DNA from: Trichodelitschia bisporula
Taxonomy: Eukaryota
DNA: 64,000 bases
Direction of reading: 5' to 3'
Assembly: GCA_010356995.1 (NCBI GenBank)
Contig: ML996705.1
Coordinates: 310,001-374,000 of the forward strand
Shown: piece after piece, positions 50,401 to 64,000 of the stretch
Layout: each line of letters opens with the position of its first letter
Numbering within the stretch: position 1 is the stretch's first letter
Made by a program: the position numbers and the translations under genes
The notes under the pieces: generated by a model
What the model was told of the DNA's origin: nothing
Databases searched by the model: none
Seen by the model: only the letters and a program-made list of their open reading frames with translations

Positions 50401-51474
50401 AAGAGGCTTTGCGATTTGACCCGGATTGGAAACTCCCATCAGTTCTTGCATATCAGCTCAAGTCCGAAAGCCACGTTATTGACGATAGTTGGAAGATGAA
50501 CCTGGACACTTCGATTTTGTACCGTTCAGAGACGCTTAGGTACGTGCACACTAAATGCGTCAGAGTTAGCTTACAATATATCCAGTCACCATACGGAGCC
50601 TTCGAACATACCTTTGCGCCTACTCTCACCAGAGGAACCTCCGTGTCCTGGCATGCCAGTGGGAATCGACGCCGAGTTTGTTGCACTGCAACGTGAAGAA
50701 ATCGCGATCAAAGCCGATGGTACCCGCGAAACCATCCGACCCAGCCGCCTAGGCCTTGCTCGTGTAAGCGTGCTGCGCGGCAGTGGCATGGACGCCGATC
50801 TCCCCTTCATAGACGACTACATCGCCATATCTGAGCCGGTAGTTGACTACTTAACGCAACACTCGGGGATCCGGCCCGGCGATCTTGACCGAATGGCCAG
50901 CAAGCACACTCTCGTGAGCCTCAAAATGGCTTACAAAAAGCTCTGGCTCCTTCTCAACCTCGGCTGTATCTTTGTGGGCCATGGGCTGATCAAAGACTTC
51001 CGTACAATCAATATCCACGTGCCCAAGGCGCAGGTCATCGATACGGTCGAGTTATTCTGGGTCAAGACGCGTGTGCGCAAGCTCAGTCTGCGCTTCCTAG
51101 CCTGGCTGCTGCTCAAGGAGGATATCCAGATGGATATGCATGACTCAGTTGAAGATGCGTGGACAGCGCTGCGCCTCTGGCGTAAGTACGAGGAGTTCAA
51201 GGATGCGGGCGTGTTGGAGGAGACGCTTGAATGGATCTACAAGAAGGGCGCGGAGGTTCGCTTCAAGGTCCCTGGTGCAGCCGCCCCGGTTGCTACGGCC
51301 GTCACGGTGAGGTCGGATAGGAGGGGCTATGGAAGGAACACTCCGCCGCCTGGGTTCAGATCCGAGAGCTCTGGGGGGGGTGATGGGGAGGCGGGTCGCA
51401 CGGAGTCGACGCCTATCAAGAAGCTTACCTTTGGGACGGGGCCGCCTGCGTTTGGGAGCCCGGCTAGGAGGTAG
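47498..51474 (+). CDS. PAN2: PAN2 deadenylase catalytic subunit (WD40, pseudo-UCH, DEDD RNase), many introns
   Basis: MESDWEE start, [68 protein letters not shown]. Confidence 0.95.
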
Positions 51475-51874
51475 CGGTGGATATAATGACTCTTCACATT
51501 TAGCGAACTGATATGCCATTTTCTGTAAGCTGTGTAGACTAGATACCGATGATATCAGCCGATTGACCGAATTGGCTGCCCTTCCAGGCAGTGAAGCGCA
51601 ATAGCTTTGAAGTTTGACTTTTACAATGAGATACTTCGGCGGGCTCAGTGCTAGCTGAGCCATATCACTCCTTTTGCCGCTGATAGGCCTCCAACAGCGG
51701 GAAGCGGAAACTATCCTTCCCAGGCATCTTTCCCACCTATTCGGTCTCTAAACGCCGCCGGTGCTCATACTACAATCGCTCATATCAGGCCCAAATAGTA
51801 CATCTATATGCTTGACAGAATCACCCAAGTACCGCCAATGGCCTCAATCATCCACAAGATGTTGATCCCCTAAA

Positions 51875-53456
51875 TCATCTCCCAGCCCTTGCCATCCTCC
51901 GCACTTCGCCCCGCCTACCTTCCTCCCTCCTTGTCACCAAATACCACGCGCTGCTCAACCAACAAAGTGCCACCCCAACCCATGCGTGGACCGGTAGCCT
52001 TCCGCCACTCAGAATAACCAACTGCACAGCTGCTCGCGGCACACCGATGAAGTTTACTGTGAGAGGACTCGTAGCTCGTACCAGGGCGAGAGTAGTGCTG
52101 AAAACTGCTGCAGAAGCCAATCCACCGCACACGCAGAGGAACCAAAACCAGGGAACGTCGAGGAAGTAACAGTTTCGAAGGATGTTAGGAACCTCACCCG
52201 AAATCAGCACCAGCGGGCTGAGAATGAGGATGGAGAGGAGAGATGTATAGTGGAGGAGTTGCCAATAGGCGCGAGTACTTTCTTTTGTTCCATGGTTGTT
52301 TTGTGAACCGTGAGCTGGTTGAACTTGGGATGGTGACAAGCTCGTCAGCATATCCCCCTGTTGAACTTGGGCTATTGTTAGTTGCCGGTGTACTTTGGAG
52401 AGCAGGATCGGGTACAGCGATGCGAAGATGGTGCTGAAAACCCCTGCGACAATTGATTCCCAGGTCATACGTTCAGACTTGCGTATGCTCGCCCCTAGTA
52501 GGTTGAGGGTAGCGATCAGTGCCGAAGATAGTGTCGAGGTGGAGTGTGAGGCTCGGGTTAACGTCGCCGTCAGAATAAGGGTGAATGGCACTATTGCAAT
52601 TCGGGAGAGTGTGTACAACGGCAGCGCACCATACCTAGCAGAAAGGGCTTAGCGAACGCAGTGGCAAGCGTGCGATACTAGTTCTAGACTTACGCGTATG
52701 AGATGTTGCTCAAGACCACTTTTCCGACATAAATAACCGCCAACGGTGTAACCGTCCAGATAGCTCGTTTCTCGAGCTCAAAGAAGCCTCCTCCAGCAAT
52801 GCCGCCGGAGCTGTTAAAGATGCCAACGAGGATTCGCCTAGGCAGTCCCGCACCAGCTCTAGAGCCACCAGCCTGGGCCGATGTCGGAGAAGAAGGCGCG
52901 ATGATCGAGGAGAGGCCCAGCTTGCGCAACGGTTGAGAAATCGCACGCGTTATAGATGCAGTAATAAGAAGGAATATGTGCGTCAAAACGAGCTGGATCC
53001 AAGTCGATGCAAGCGGGTAGGGGAATTTATAGGTACCGGCTGAATCCCTGGTTAGCCAAACAGTCGTACCGGTGAGAGAAGCGGAGCCTTACTCCAGAGG
53101 ATGAACCTATTCATCAAGACAAGGGCGAACTGTACACCTATGCTCCAGATGACTAGCAGTCCGACATAGACTTGCCATCCAAGCCATGTTCCGTACAGAA
53201 ACCCCCCAATACCTCCTTTCGCAAACTCTCTTCTCCACCAAGTGCCATGATCACCGGAGTCCGCGACAAGTGGCCGCAAGGTGGCTGGTATATAATCATC
53301 TTCATCATCGGATATTGCGTTTTGGAGCTGACGATGATAAGGCGAAGGGCTCGGCGTTCGGGAGAAATCAATGAGTGGTATGCCTCCCGGCTCCAGTTCT
53401 GCGGACGAGTCTCTTGAATGATTCATGCGAGACGGCTTCGTACTTCCGCGGTCCAT
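51875..53456 (-). CDS. Nucleotide-sugar/triose-phosphate transporter family (DMT/SLC35) membrane protein
   Basis: Multiple transmembrane segments; LVLMNRFILW|TGTYKFPYPL, LSNISYA, LVRATSPLT; two introns. Confidence 0.8.
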
Positions 53457-54988
53457 CGTTGTTATGATATTTCAAGAAGGCTGGTTGTCATGAATTAACG
53501 AGCATGTAGGACTGAAATAGCGAATTGCGAAGCTCGATTTATGAATTGTGTCGTCGTCAGATGATGTGAAGCTTTTGTAGGACGAGAGCTGATGCTGAGG
53601 GAGAGGGAGCGGGCCTTTGGGCGCGCTGACAATCGTTCTGACTGTTGACTGCAAGTGTATTGGGAGAAGAGAAATTGTCGCTCGAATACGTATACGTATA
53701 GTGGCAGTTCGAGGCCGTAGACTTGTTACCCTGCTGCGGAGTGTCGGAGTGTCGCAATGGTGTCCGTAAGGGCGTTGACTCCCAGTACTCTCTATGGTAG
53801 TGGTGCGTGGTTCACGCACATTGTGAAAGGGCGGGATCCAGTTTTGCTCGAGTTTCTCGAGAGCTGTCGTGAGCGTTAAAGGTGAACGGCGGGTAATCAT
53901 GCAACACGTTGACGTTAGGAGAGTTGATGATGCGCGTTTCGCCCAGCCTTGGCAGTTGGTGACCCCAGCTGTGACATGTGCCAAACGTCGTTCCTGAACT
54001 TGATGCCGAAAGTCTGGGACGAGCTGAAGCACAATCAGGTTCTGAAACGTAAAGGATGCCCTGCAAGCAGCTCTTTATGCTGAGCCGAGTTGAACAAGCA
54101 TCCAATCGTTTTCCGCAAGCCTTCAGTTTTCACGCGATTAAACACCTTCGAGAACGTTTGTGACCTAAATTTGGGGTCTTCCTCCTCTTCAAGCCATCTC
54201 CTGAATACTGCGCAATGACCTTCAGGAAGAGAATGGACCCCAGACGACGTTTCCTGCCAATCGCAGCCTTGCAATCGGATTATGTCCCTCGATGCGCCAT
54301 CATGGAACTATTCTGACTCCAGAGGGACACATGGCCTCTGGGTAACGATGCAGGTGTCCCGGCCGCAGTCCTTGCCGCCCCCATCCACTCACGAATCTTG
54401 ACAGGGACCGCATCTTCAAACGGAGTACATCTAACACGGGGTAGGCCTTCTTGCTTGTACGCAAAGTTTTGACACTCTAAGCGGGCCGTAGCTTCGGCAC
54501 TGGCAGAACTGGTCATTGGCATGTCTACAAGATGAAGGGCCACGCGGATAGGAGACGCCCCATAAGGAACCCTCGGCTGGAGCGATGCTGTGAGGACCCG
54601 ATGCCGCGATCCGCTATGCCTCATGCCTATCCTATGGTAGCCGATGAACGCTCTGTCGGATCTCAATGGATGTGGAAGTCTCGTGGTCTGCGCTCCTTTG
54701 ACAAGGAGTCAGTGCCATCCCAGGAGAGACTGTTGGGTTCGCTAACAGATGTAAGCAGAAAGTAGTCTTTGGGATAAACTGAAGTATAGACATCATAGCC
54801 TCGCCATTCAAGGGACGTCTTTTGAATGGCAGCTTAGTGTGAATTGGTCTCAGAGGCCTATTTGAGCTTGCTTCCGGGGGATTCCTTTCCATCCCAAGCC
54901 TTCCACACTGTACAACGCCATCCAAGGCAAACTCGCTTCCTTCTGTACAAATAGTAAGAGACCAGCCCGCTGAGAGAGTCGTACAAAG

Positions 54989-55441
54989 ATGTGTCTTCCC
55001 CTGTTATTTGGTGGATCGGCGAAGCGCAGCCATTCTAGAATGAAGGCCGGTACCCACGATGTCTTCATCGAACGATGGCAAAGAGGAAATCCCGTCAACG
55101 AGCTAAATCCTGCAGCAAATGGTAGAGCAAATGGCGGAGCAGGGGGCAACGCAAACGGGGAAGCGAATGGTCAAGTGATTGACGAAGCGAATGGAGGAGC
55201 AAATGGAGAAGCAAATGGAGAAGCCAATGGAGGAGCGAATGGAGAAGCGAATGGCGAAGCGAATGGCGAGGCACATGTCGATATTGAGCAGCGAAAGCAA
55301 CCGAAGAAGCCAAAGCGGCCACGGAATGCATTTGTGGTCCGCAGGTTTACCCCCCACGATCAGGAGCATGCACACGGAATGCAAGGACCATATCAGAAGT
55401 TTAAAGACGGGAGCGAGTTTCGAGGGGGGCGCTTCTTTTAG
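54989..55441 (+). CDS. Orphan ORF or pseudogene with (A-N-G-E/G)n tandem repeat
   Basis: 12-nt repeat GCRAATGGNGAA-like at about 55115-55272, in frame, followed by KKPKRPRNAF. Confidence 0.3.
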   Translation: MCLPLLFGGSAKRSHSRMKAGTHDVFIERWQRGNPVNELNPAANGRANGGAGGNANGEANGQVIDEANGGANGEANGEANGGANGEANGEANGEAHVDIEQRKQPKKPKRPRNAFVVRRFTPHDQEHAHGMQGPYQKFKDGSEFRGGRFF

Positions 55442-56172
55442 GCACATTGGAATTTATCTGATTGGTGGTTATCAGTTGTACTCTTATACAAAGTTACATA
55501 CGCCCTCAGGGGAGATCTCAGACAGGCCGGATCCTGCATGACCTGGCTTGCCTGACCCGGTGAAGATGGAGGTCCGATGTTAGAGAGCTAGGCTGTTTGC
55601 AAATGGCGACGTAGGAGGCAATATGAGATGATACTAGCATGTGAATGTAGAACTCGTCCAAAGATTTCACTAGCTTAAGAAACTCTGAACTATCGGCAAG
55701 CATGCCAGAACTGACTTTGTGCAATACCCGAGCTGCCTCTCATCCCTTTATCGCTCTCGGCTGTGAGGGCGGCCTGCGCGAGTTCATATCAGCTGTATGT
55801 TGAAATTGCCACTCCGGGCGGTTCTCGGAGAGGTTGGAATGGTTGCCGTTTTCAGACTGGTGAGGTGAAAGACGTCTGTCACAGCCTTGCCATTCCACAT
55901 TCCATATCCCGTGACTTGATACTGAAATGCCAAAGCTTGTGGACCCTGGATCCCTGACCCATGCCCCGCTTCCACTAGCCACCGGGCGCCCGCTGCCAAG
56001 CGTAGGAAGGGAGGGGTTGAAGACACCAAAAAAAAAAAGTTTCTATGCTTTTGTGCCTCTCTCATCTCCGACCGTCCGCCCACCCAAAAAGCCTTATACC
56101 TCCCCTCTCGTGTTCTGCGGCTTTGCCGCTATCATCTTTCACCGAGACTCACCATACACAGCAGCTTTCATC

Positions 56173-59100
56173 ATGAATGAACAAGAATTTGTCGGGCTCC
56201 TCGAGAGTCTTCTTCTTCGTAGGTTTTTCTAGGATATCGCACAAGTTTTTACTAACTTCAAATGCAGCGGACACAGAGAAGGTCAAGTCGGCGACCGCGG
56301 CTCTGAAGAAGAACTACTACACATCGCCGAACAGTCTCACTGCATTGATACACATCCTCTCCTCTCATCCTTCTCACCAGCTTCGCCAGCTTGCTGCTGT
56401 CGAGGCTCGTAACCTCGTCCCTAAACACTGGACGAACATTTCGGGAGATGAAAAGGCTCAGTTGCGGAACCAGCTTCTGCAATCGACGCTCAAAGAGGAG
56501 AACAAACTTGTGCGGCACTCGTCTTCCAGAGTCGTATCAGCAATCGCCAAAATCGACTTCGTCGATGACGCATGGTCCGACCTTCCCCGCACCTTACAGG
56601 AGGTGGCCATCAGTGAAAATCCTCTCCACCGGGAAGTTGGCGTGTATATCATCTTCACCTTGGTTGACACGTTGGGAGACTTCTTCGTGGAACATCTAGG
56701 TGATCTCTTCACACTCTTCACCAAGACGATCCAGGACCCGCAGAGCTCGGAAGTTCGGCTCAACACAATGATGACACTGGGTCGGGTGGCGATGCTCATC
56801 GATGGTGATGAGGATGCCCACTCTCGAGAAGCCTTCCAAAACTGCGTCCCGCACATGGTTGCCGTGCTAAAAGGCGCTATCGATGCGAACGATGAGGCCC
56901 ATGTCAACCAGGCGTTCGAGGTGTTCCAGACTCTCCTGGGCTGCGACGCGTCCCTCCTCCAGACGCATTTCCGGGACCTGATCCTTTTCATGATGGAAAT
57001 TGCTACAACGACATCCCTTCCAGCAGATTACCGTTCGCAGTCTCTTTCGTTCCTCATGCAGTGCGCCAGATATCGCAAGTTGAAGATTCAGGCTCTTCGT
57101 CTCGGCGAGGAGCTAGTGTTGAAGTCGCTCCCGATCGTAACCGAGCTTGGGGATATTTCCGAAGAGGATGAGGACGTTACCCCAGCAAGGTCTGCACTCG
57201 GTTTACTGGACACCCTGGCGAGCAGCCTTCCTCCCAGCCAGGTGTTGGTTCCGCTGCTCAAAGCCATCGGGCCATACGTGACCAATCCTAATCCGGATTA
57301 CCGGAGAGCTGGCATTCTGGCCCTCGCCATGTGCGTGGAGGGTGCGCCTGACTTCATTACGACCCAGCTTCCGGAAATCATCCCCATGGTTCTCCGCCTT
57401 CTCGAAGACCCTGATGTTCGGGTTCGTGCTGCGGCATTGAACGGTGTTGCCAGGCTCGCCGATGACCTTGCTGAAGACGTGGCCAAGGAGCATGCGAAAC
57501 TCGTTCCTGCGATGATCCGGAATTTTGATCTCGCCGTGCAAGCCCTACCGTCGTCACAGGGCATTGAGCACGACCGCTATCTTAGCATCATCCATGGCAG
57601 CTGCAATGCTGTGGAGTCACTGATCGAGGGCCTGGATAATAAGGAAGAAGCTGTGGCATATGCCTCCCAGCTCGTCCCTCGTTTCAGCCAGTTCCTCAGT
57701 CCAGAGGCGGATCTCAAGTCTAGGAACGCTGCAGCGGGCGCGGTGGGCTCCATCGCTGCTGCATCCGGCGAGGCCTTCATGCCGTACTTTGAGCAGACCA
57801 TGCAGATTCTGGGACAGTACCTGGAGGTGAAGGAGAGCCAGGATGAACTTGATCTCCGCGGGAACGTATGTGACTCGATGGGCAAGATTGCCGCTGCTGT
57901 CGGTGCCGCGCCTTTTCAGAAGTATGTCCAGCCATTGATGCACGCTTCCGAGGAGGCCCTGCACTTGGACCACCCGCGGCTCCGTGAAACGAGCTATATC
58001 CTATGGAGCGTGATGGCCAAGGTCTATGAAGAGGAATTTTCACCTTATCTCCCAGGTGTCGTCAAGGCGATTCAGGATTGCTTAGAGCAAGATGAGAAGG
58101 AGACGGCTCTCGAGCTTGCCGGCGGCACTGAGGTCGAGATTGGCGGCAAGAAGTTCCGGGTTGTTGAGCCGGATAGTGATGACGATGATGAGTACATTGA
58201 GACCGCCAGCGACGATGACCTCGATTACAACCCGGCTACCGCTGTGGCGATGGAGAAGGAGATTGCCATTGAAGTCATCGGAGACATCATCTCGAGCACT
58301 CGGGACAAGTTCCTTCCATACCTGGAGAAGACCGTTGAAACGGTCCTGTCGCTCGTCGAGCACCAGTATGAGGGAGTGCGCAAGAGTGCGATTAGCACAG
58401 TCTGCCGCGCCTATGCCTGCCTTTGGGGCATGGCTGAAGGCCAGGGCATGGAGAAGTGGCAGCCTGGGTTCCCCTTGAAGGTCCAGCCTGCTCCGGAAAT
58501 CAAGAAGCTCGGCTCCGCTCTCATCGCCGCGACCTTGGCTGTGTGGCATGAGGAGATGGATCGGTATGTCACTTCCTTCTCTTTACCTTTTGGCTCAACA
58601 TTTGGAAATGATGATACGACTTCGTATACCCAGCTCACTCAGACACATTGTGGTTGACGAGAACGCGAATCTGCTTCTGATCCATCCATTTTCTGCTCTA
58701 ATTCTGAGGAATTAACATTTTTTTTCAGATGCTCCGATGCTAACTACATTTGAAGGGGAACCGTGACCGACATCAACCGCGACCTCGCAGCTACTCTGAA
58801 ACTCTGCGGTCCGGCCATCCTCGTTGACGAAAACGGTGGAGAGAACTTGATTGAGGTGCTCGTCGAGCTGCTCCTGCAGATCATCACCAAGCACCATCCC
58901 TGCCAACAGGACTTGGGCGATGACGGCGAGGACGCTGCCCCCGAAGAATCGTCCGAGTACGACTGGCTGGTCATCGACACTGCTATCGACTGCATCACAT
59001 GCTTGAGCGCAGCGCTCGGTCCTGATTTCGGCCAAATCTGGAAGAATTTCGAGAAGCCGCTCATCAAGTACGCAAGCAGCCAGGAGTCCATCGAGCGCAC

Positions 59101-59714
59101 GGCGGCCATTGGCGGCATCGCAGAGTGCATCAGCAACATGGAGGGTGGCTGCACCCCTTTCACGACGTCGCTGATGCGTGTCCTCACCCGCCGCATCGGC
59201 GATGAGGATATGGACACCAAGATCAACGCGATCTACGGCATCGGCCTTCTCTGCGAGAAGAGCGACGACACTGCGGAAATCACCAAGAATTATCCCAGCA
59301 TTCTGACCCAGCTCGAACCCTTCCTTACCAGCGATACACCGAACAAGCGTCTGCTTGACAACTCCGCCGGTTGCGTCAGCCGCATGATCAAGAAGCATCC
59401 TCAGAATGTGCCGCTGCAGGAAGTGCTCCCGAGGCTTGTCGAGCTTCTCCCGGCCAAGGAGGATTTCGCCGAGAATAACCCTGCCTTCCAGTGCATTGTG
59501 TCCCTCTGTAAGTACCATTTGCCCCGTGGCTGCTTTCCGGTGAGTCCAAAAGCTAACGCCTGCAGACCATCACCAAGAGCCGACGATCCAGACGCTCACC
59601 GCCGTCCTTGCGCCGAAGATCCAGCAGGTGCTTAGCCCGCCGGAGGAGCAGCTCGATGAGACTACGCGCGCTCAGCTACTGGAGCTCGTGCAGTATCTTC
59701 AGCAGCAGGCGTGA
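56173..59714 (+). CDS. KAP123: Importin-4/karyopherin beta Kap123
   Basis: Importin N-terminal motif LRQLAAVEARNLV, HEAT repeats, RRAGILAL..CVEGAPDF, AVAMEKEIAIEVIGD; introns 56219-56267, 58564-58755 and 59508-59565. Confidence 0.92.
58603..58684 (+). ncRNA. Intronic box C/D snoRNA, snR71/SNORD29-like (LSU rRNA Am guide)
   Basis: Box C ATGATGA 58608-58614, guide ACCCAGCTCAC 58628-58638, D' CAGA 58640-58643, C' TGACGA 58655-58660, D CTGA 58677-58680, terminal stem TGGA/TCCA. Confidence 0.85.
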
Positions 59715-60160
59715 TTTGGGCGGATTCTAAAAGGTATGAGTAGGGATTCGGTCATGCAGTCATGAAATACGGTTGATACTTTCACGGAGAGGGTTAGGGA
59801 CACAAAAAAGATACCATTTGCCGATCGGTCATCAAGGGCACACTACATTCCGGTAGTAGGTTCGAGAATAGAAGTTCCTCGGAGTTATTCTTGTCGTGAA
59901 TGCATGTGAGCTAGCTGTCACAGGTCGTCTTGCGGCGGAGCAGCAAGAACAAAGGTGCAAATCCCAAGTCACTAACATTAAGGTATAAAGCTGTCAAGGG
60001 AACGAACGACCCGGCATCCTATCCAACCGACACACCACGCATGCCTTTTCCAATCCCGAAGAAGGCATGGCTGTCATCCGAATATCCACATCGTGACCCC
60101 ACTCATGCCGACGATAGAAAAGACAAAATATCCGAACGACGAAATACAACCGCCCCCGCC

Positions 60161-62773
<2,613 letters not shown>

Positions 62774-64000
62774 TTTGAGGTGTCGGGGGAGGAAATTCAA
62801 CTCGCAGTACCACTTGCTCTTCCACAGGAATGAGGTGTGCAGGTCAAAACGGGGGAATTTGGAAAGAAGAGGAAGATGCGCTGCAAATCTCGTCGTACGG
62901 GGGGTCCCAGGAGCTCAGTTATGACCTCGGAAGCATTACAGCCGTGTGCGAGGGGACGGAAGGTCCGGGGGCGGGGTGTGCAGGCTGTGGCTGCGTCTGG
63001 GGGGAGGTATTGATCTGGGGTCTCGAGAAAAGGCGACAAGGAACGGAACGATAGCTTGACCGGGGGAAGGATTTGAACGGAGTATTGGTGGATGGGCGGA
63101 GAGATTTACGAAGGTTTATGGCTTGCGGGCAAGGGCTTGTACATGCATGCTGGGGGCCTGTGGAGGGAGGGGTATCACTGTTTATCCACGCACCATTCAC
63201 CAAAGCGGTGCTGCGGTGGAATGTGCGTGGTTCAGCCTCTCCCGTTGAAGCCAACGATCAAAGCCATTGCGGAGAAGCATGCATTTGGCGCACTCAAGCG
63301 TCGATCGCGGTAGCTTGGCCCCCCGCCCCGAGGCTGAAAGCAAGTGGGTAAGCAAGTGGCAGCTGATGTTAGAACTACCCGGACACGGCGGCAACGACTC
63401 CATAGCAGGAATAGGTATGTACAGTCGAAGTGACGAAGGAGAAATTTGACGCTTCCTGAAATGTTGAGGCAAGTTGCAAGCATCCAGGCGGAGCGTCAGG
63501 CTGACTTCTAGTTCTGCGACTAACGGCGGCTCGCGCAGACACCGTCGTTGCCGGTCATCACGCGAATTCCGACTTGCTGGTCTTCCCCTCCTCCGCCATG
63601 CACGCCGGCTGTACTCCCTAAAGTACGAGGCCGGCGGCGCACGGTTGGTAGGGTGGCCGAGGGGCCTGTTACATTCCCGAGAATCCTTCGGTGCAGCGTC
63701 AAGTGGATGCGGACAGTGGTGGTACGGGCATGGGGAGGAACTGCATGGGTTCATCCGCTGTTGACAATTCAGCCTGACAAGTTGTGCAAGCAGTGAAGAC
63801 AGTCGATATACGAACAGGGCGTATGTACACCTCCGGTTGATGAAGATGGTTTCGCAGTGATTGATCACCGTTGGCGGGGAACACCCGCTGGCCCTCAAAG
63901 GCTCCATCTACCGAAGTCGAAATTGCCGTTTAGCTTCTAAGCCACTTATGAGCCACCGACGCAATTTGAAGGCGAAATGGAGCGAGCGTGACCGGCTGCA

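Noticed and set aside
54989..55441. Mating-type (MAT1-2-1 or alpha-box) gene
   Set aside because: Only the RPRNAF motif is present; the rest of the domain is missing and the usual APN2/SLA2 neighbours are absent.
62780..64000. ORFs at the window end (e.g. 63197-63907)
   Set aside because: No recognisable motifs; more likely the promoter or intergenic region of the MFS gene.

Overview
Intron-rich filamentous ascomycete (Pezizomycotina) genomic DNA. Two gene-dense blocks (1-15.3 kb and 27-63 kb) carry recognisable genes: CAND1/TIP120, a Dpb11/Rad4-like BRCT protein, an arrestin-like adaptor, a PDR/ABCG transporter, SPF30, Yap1/NapA, a BIM1/X325-like GPI copper protein, PCK1/acuF, PAN2, a nucleotide-sugar transporter, KAP123/importin-4 and an MFS sugar porter. 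Between them lies an ~11.5 kb island with no intact gene. It holds five copies of a ~200-bp palindromic MITE-like element, a related 109-bp palindrome, gene-like relics and a RIP-mutated LINE-type element that appears to encode only ORF1 (gag). The best non-coding observations are a box C/D snoRNA in a KAP123 intron, whose guide is complementary to LSU rRNA GUGAGCUGGGU (snR71/SNORD29-like), and a multi-hairpin 265-nt intron in PCK1. All exon boundaries and family assignments were made by eye; no database searches were run.
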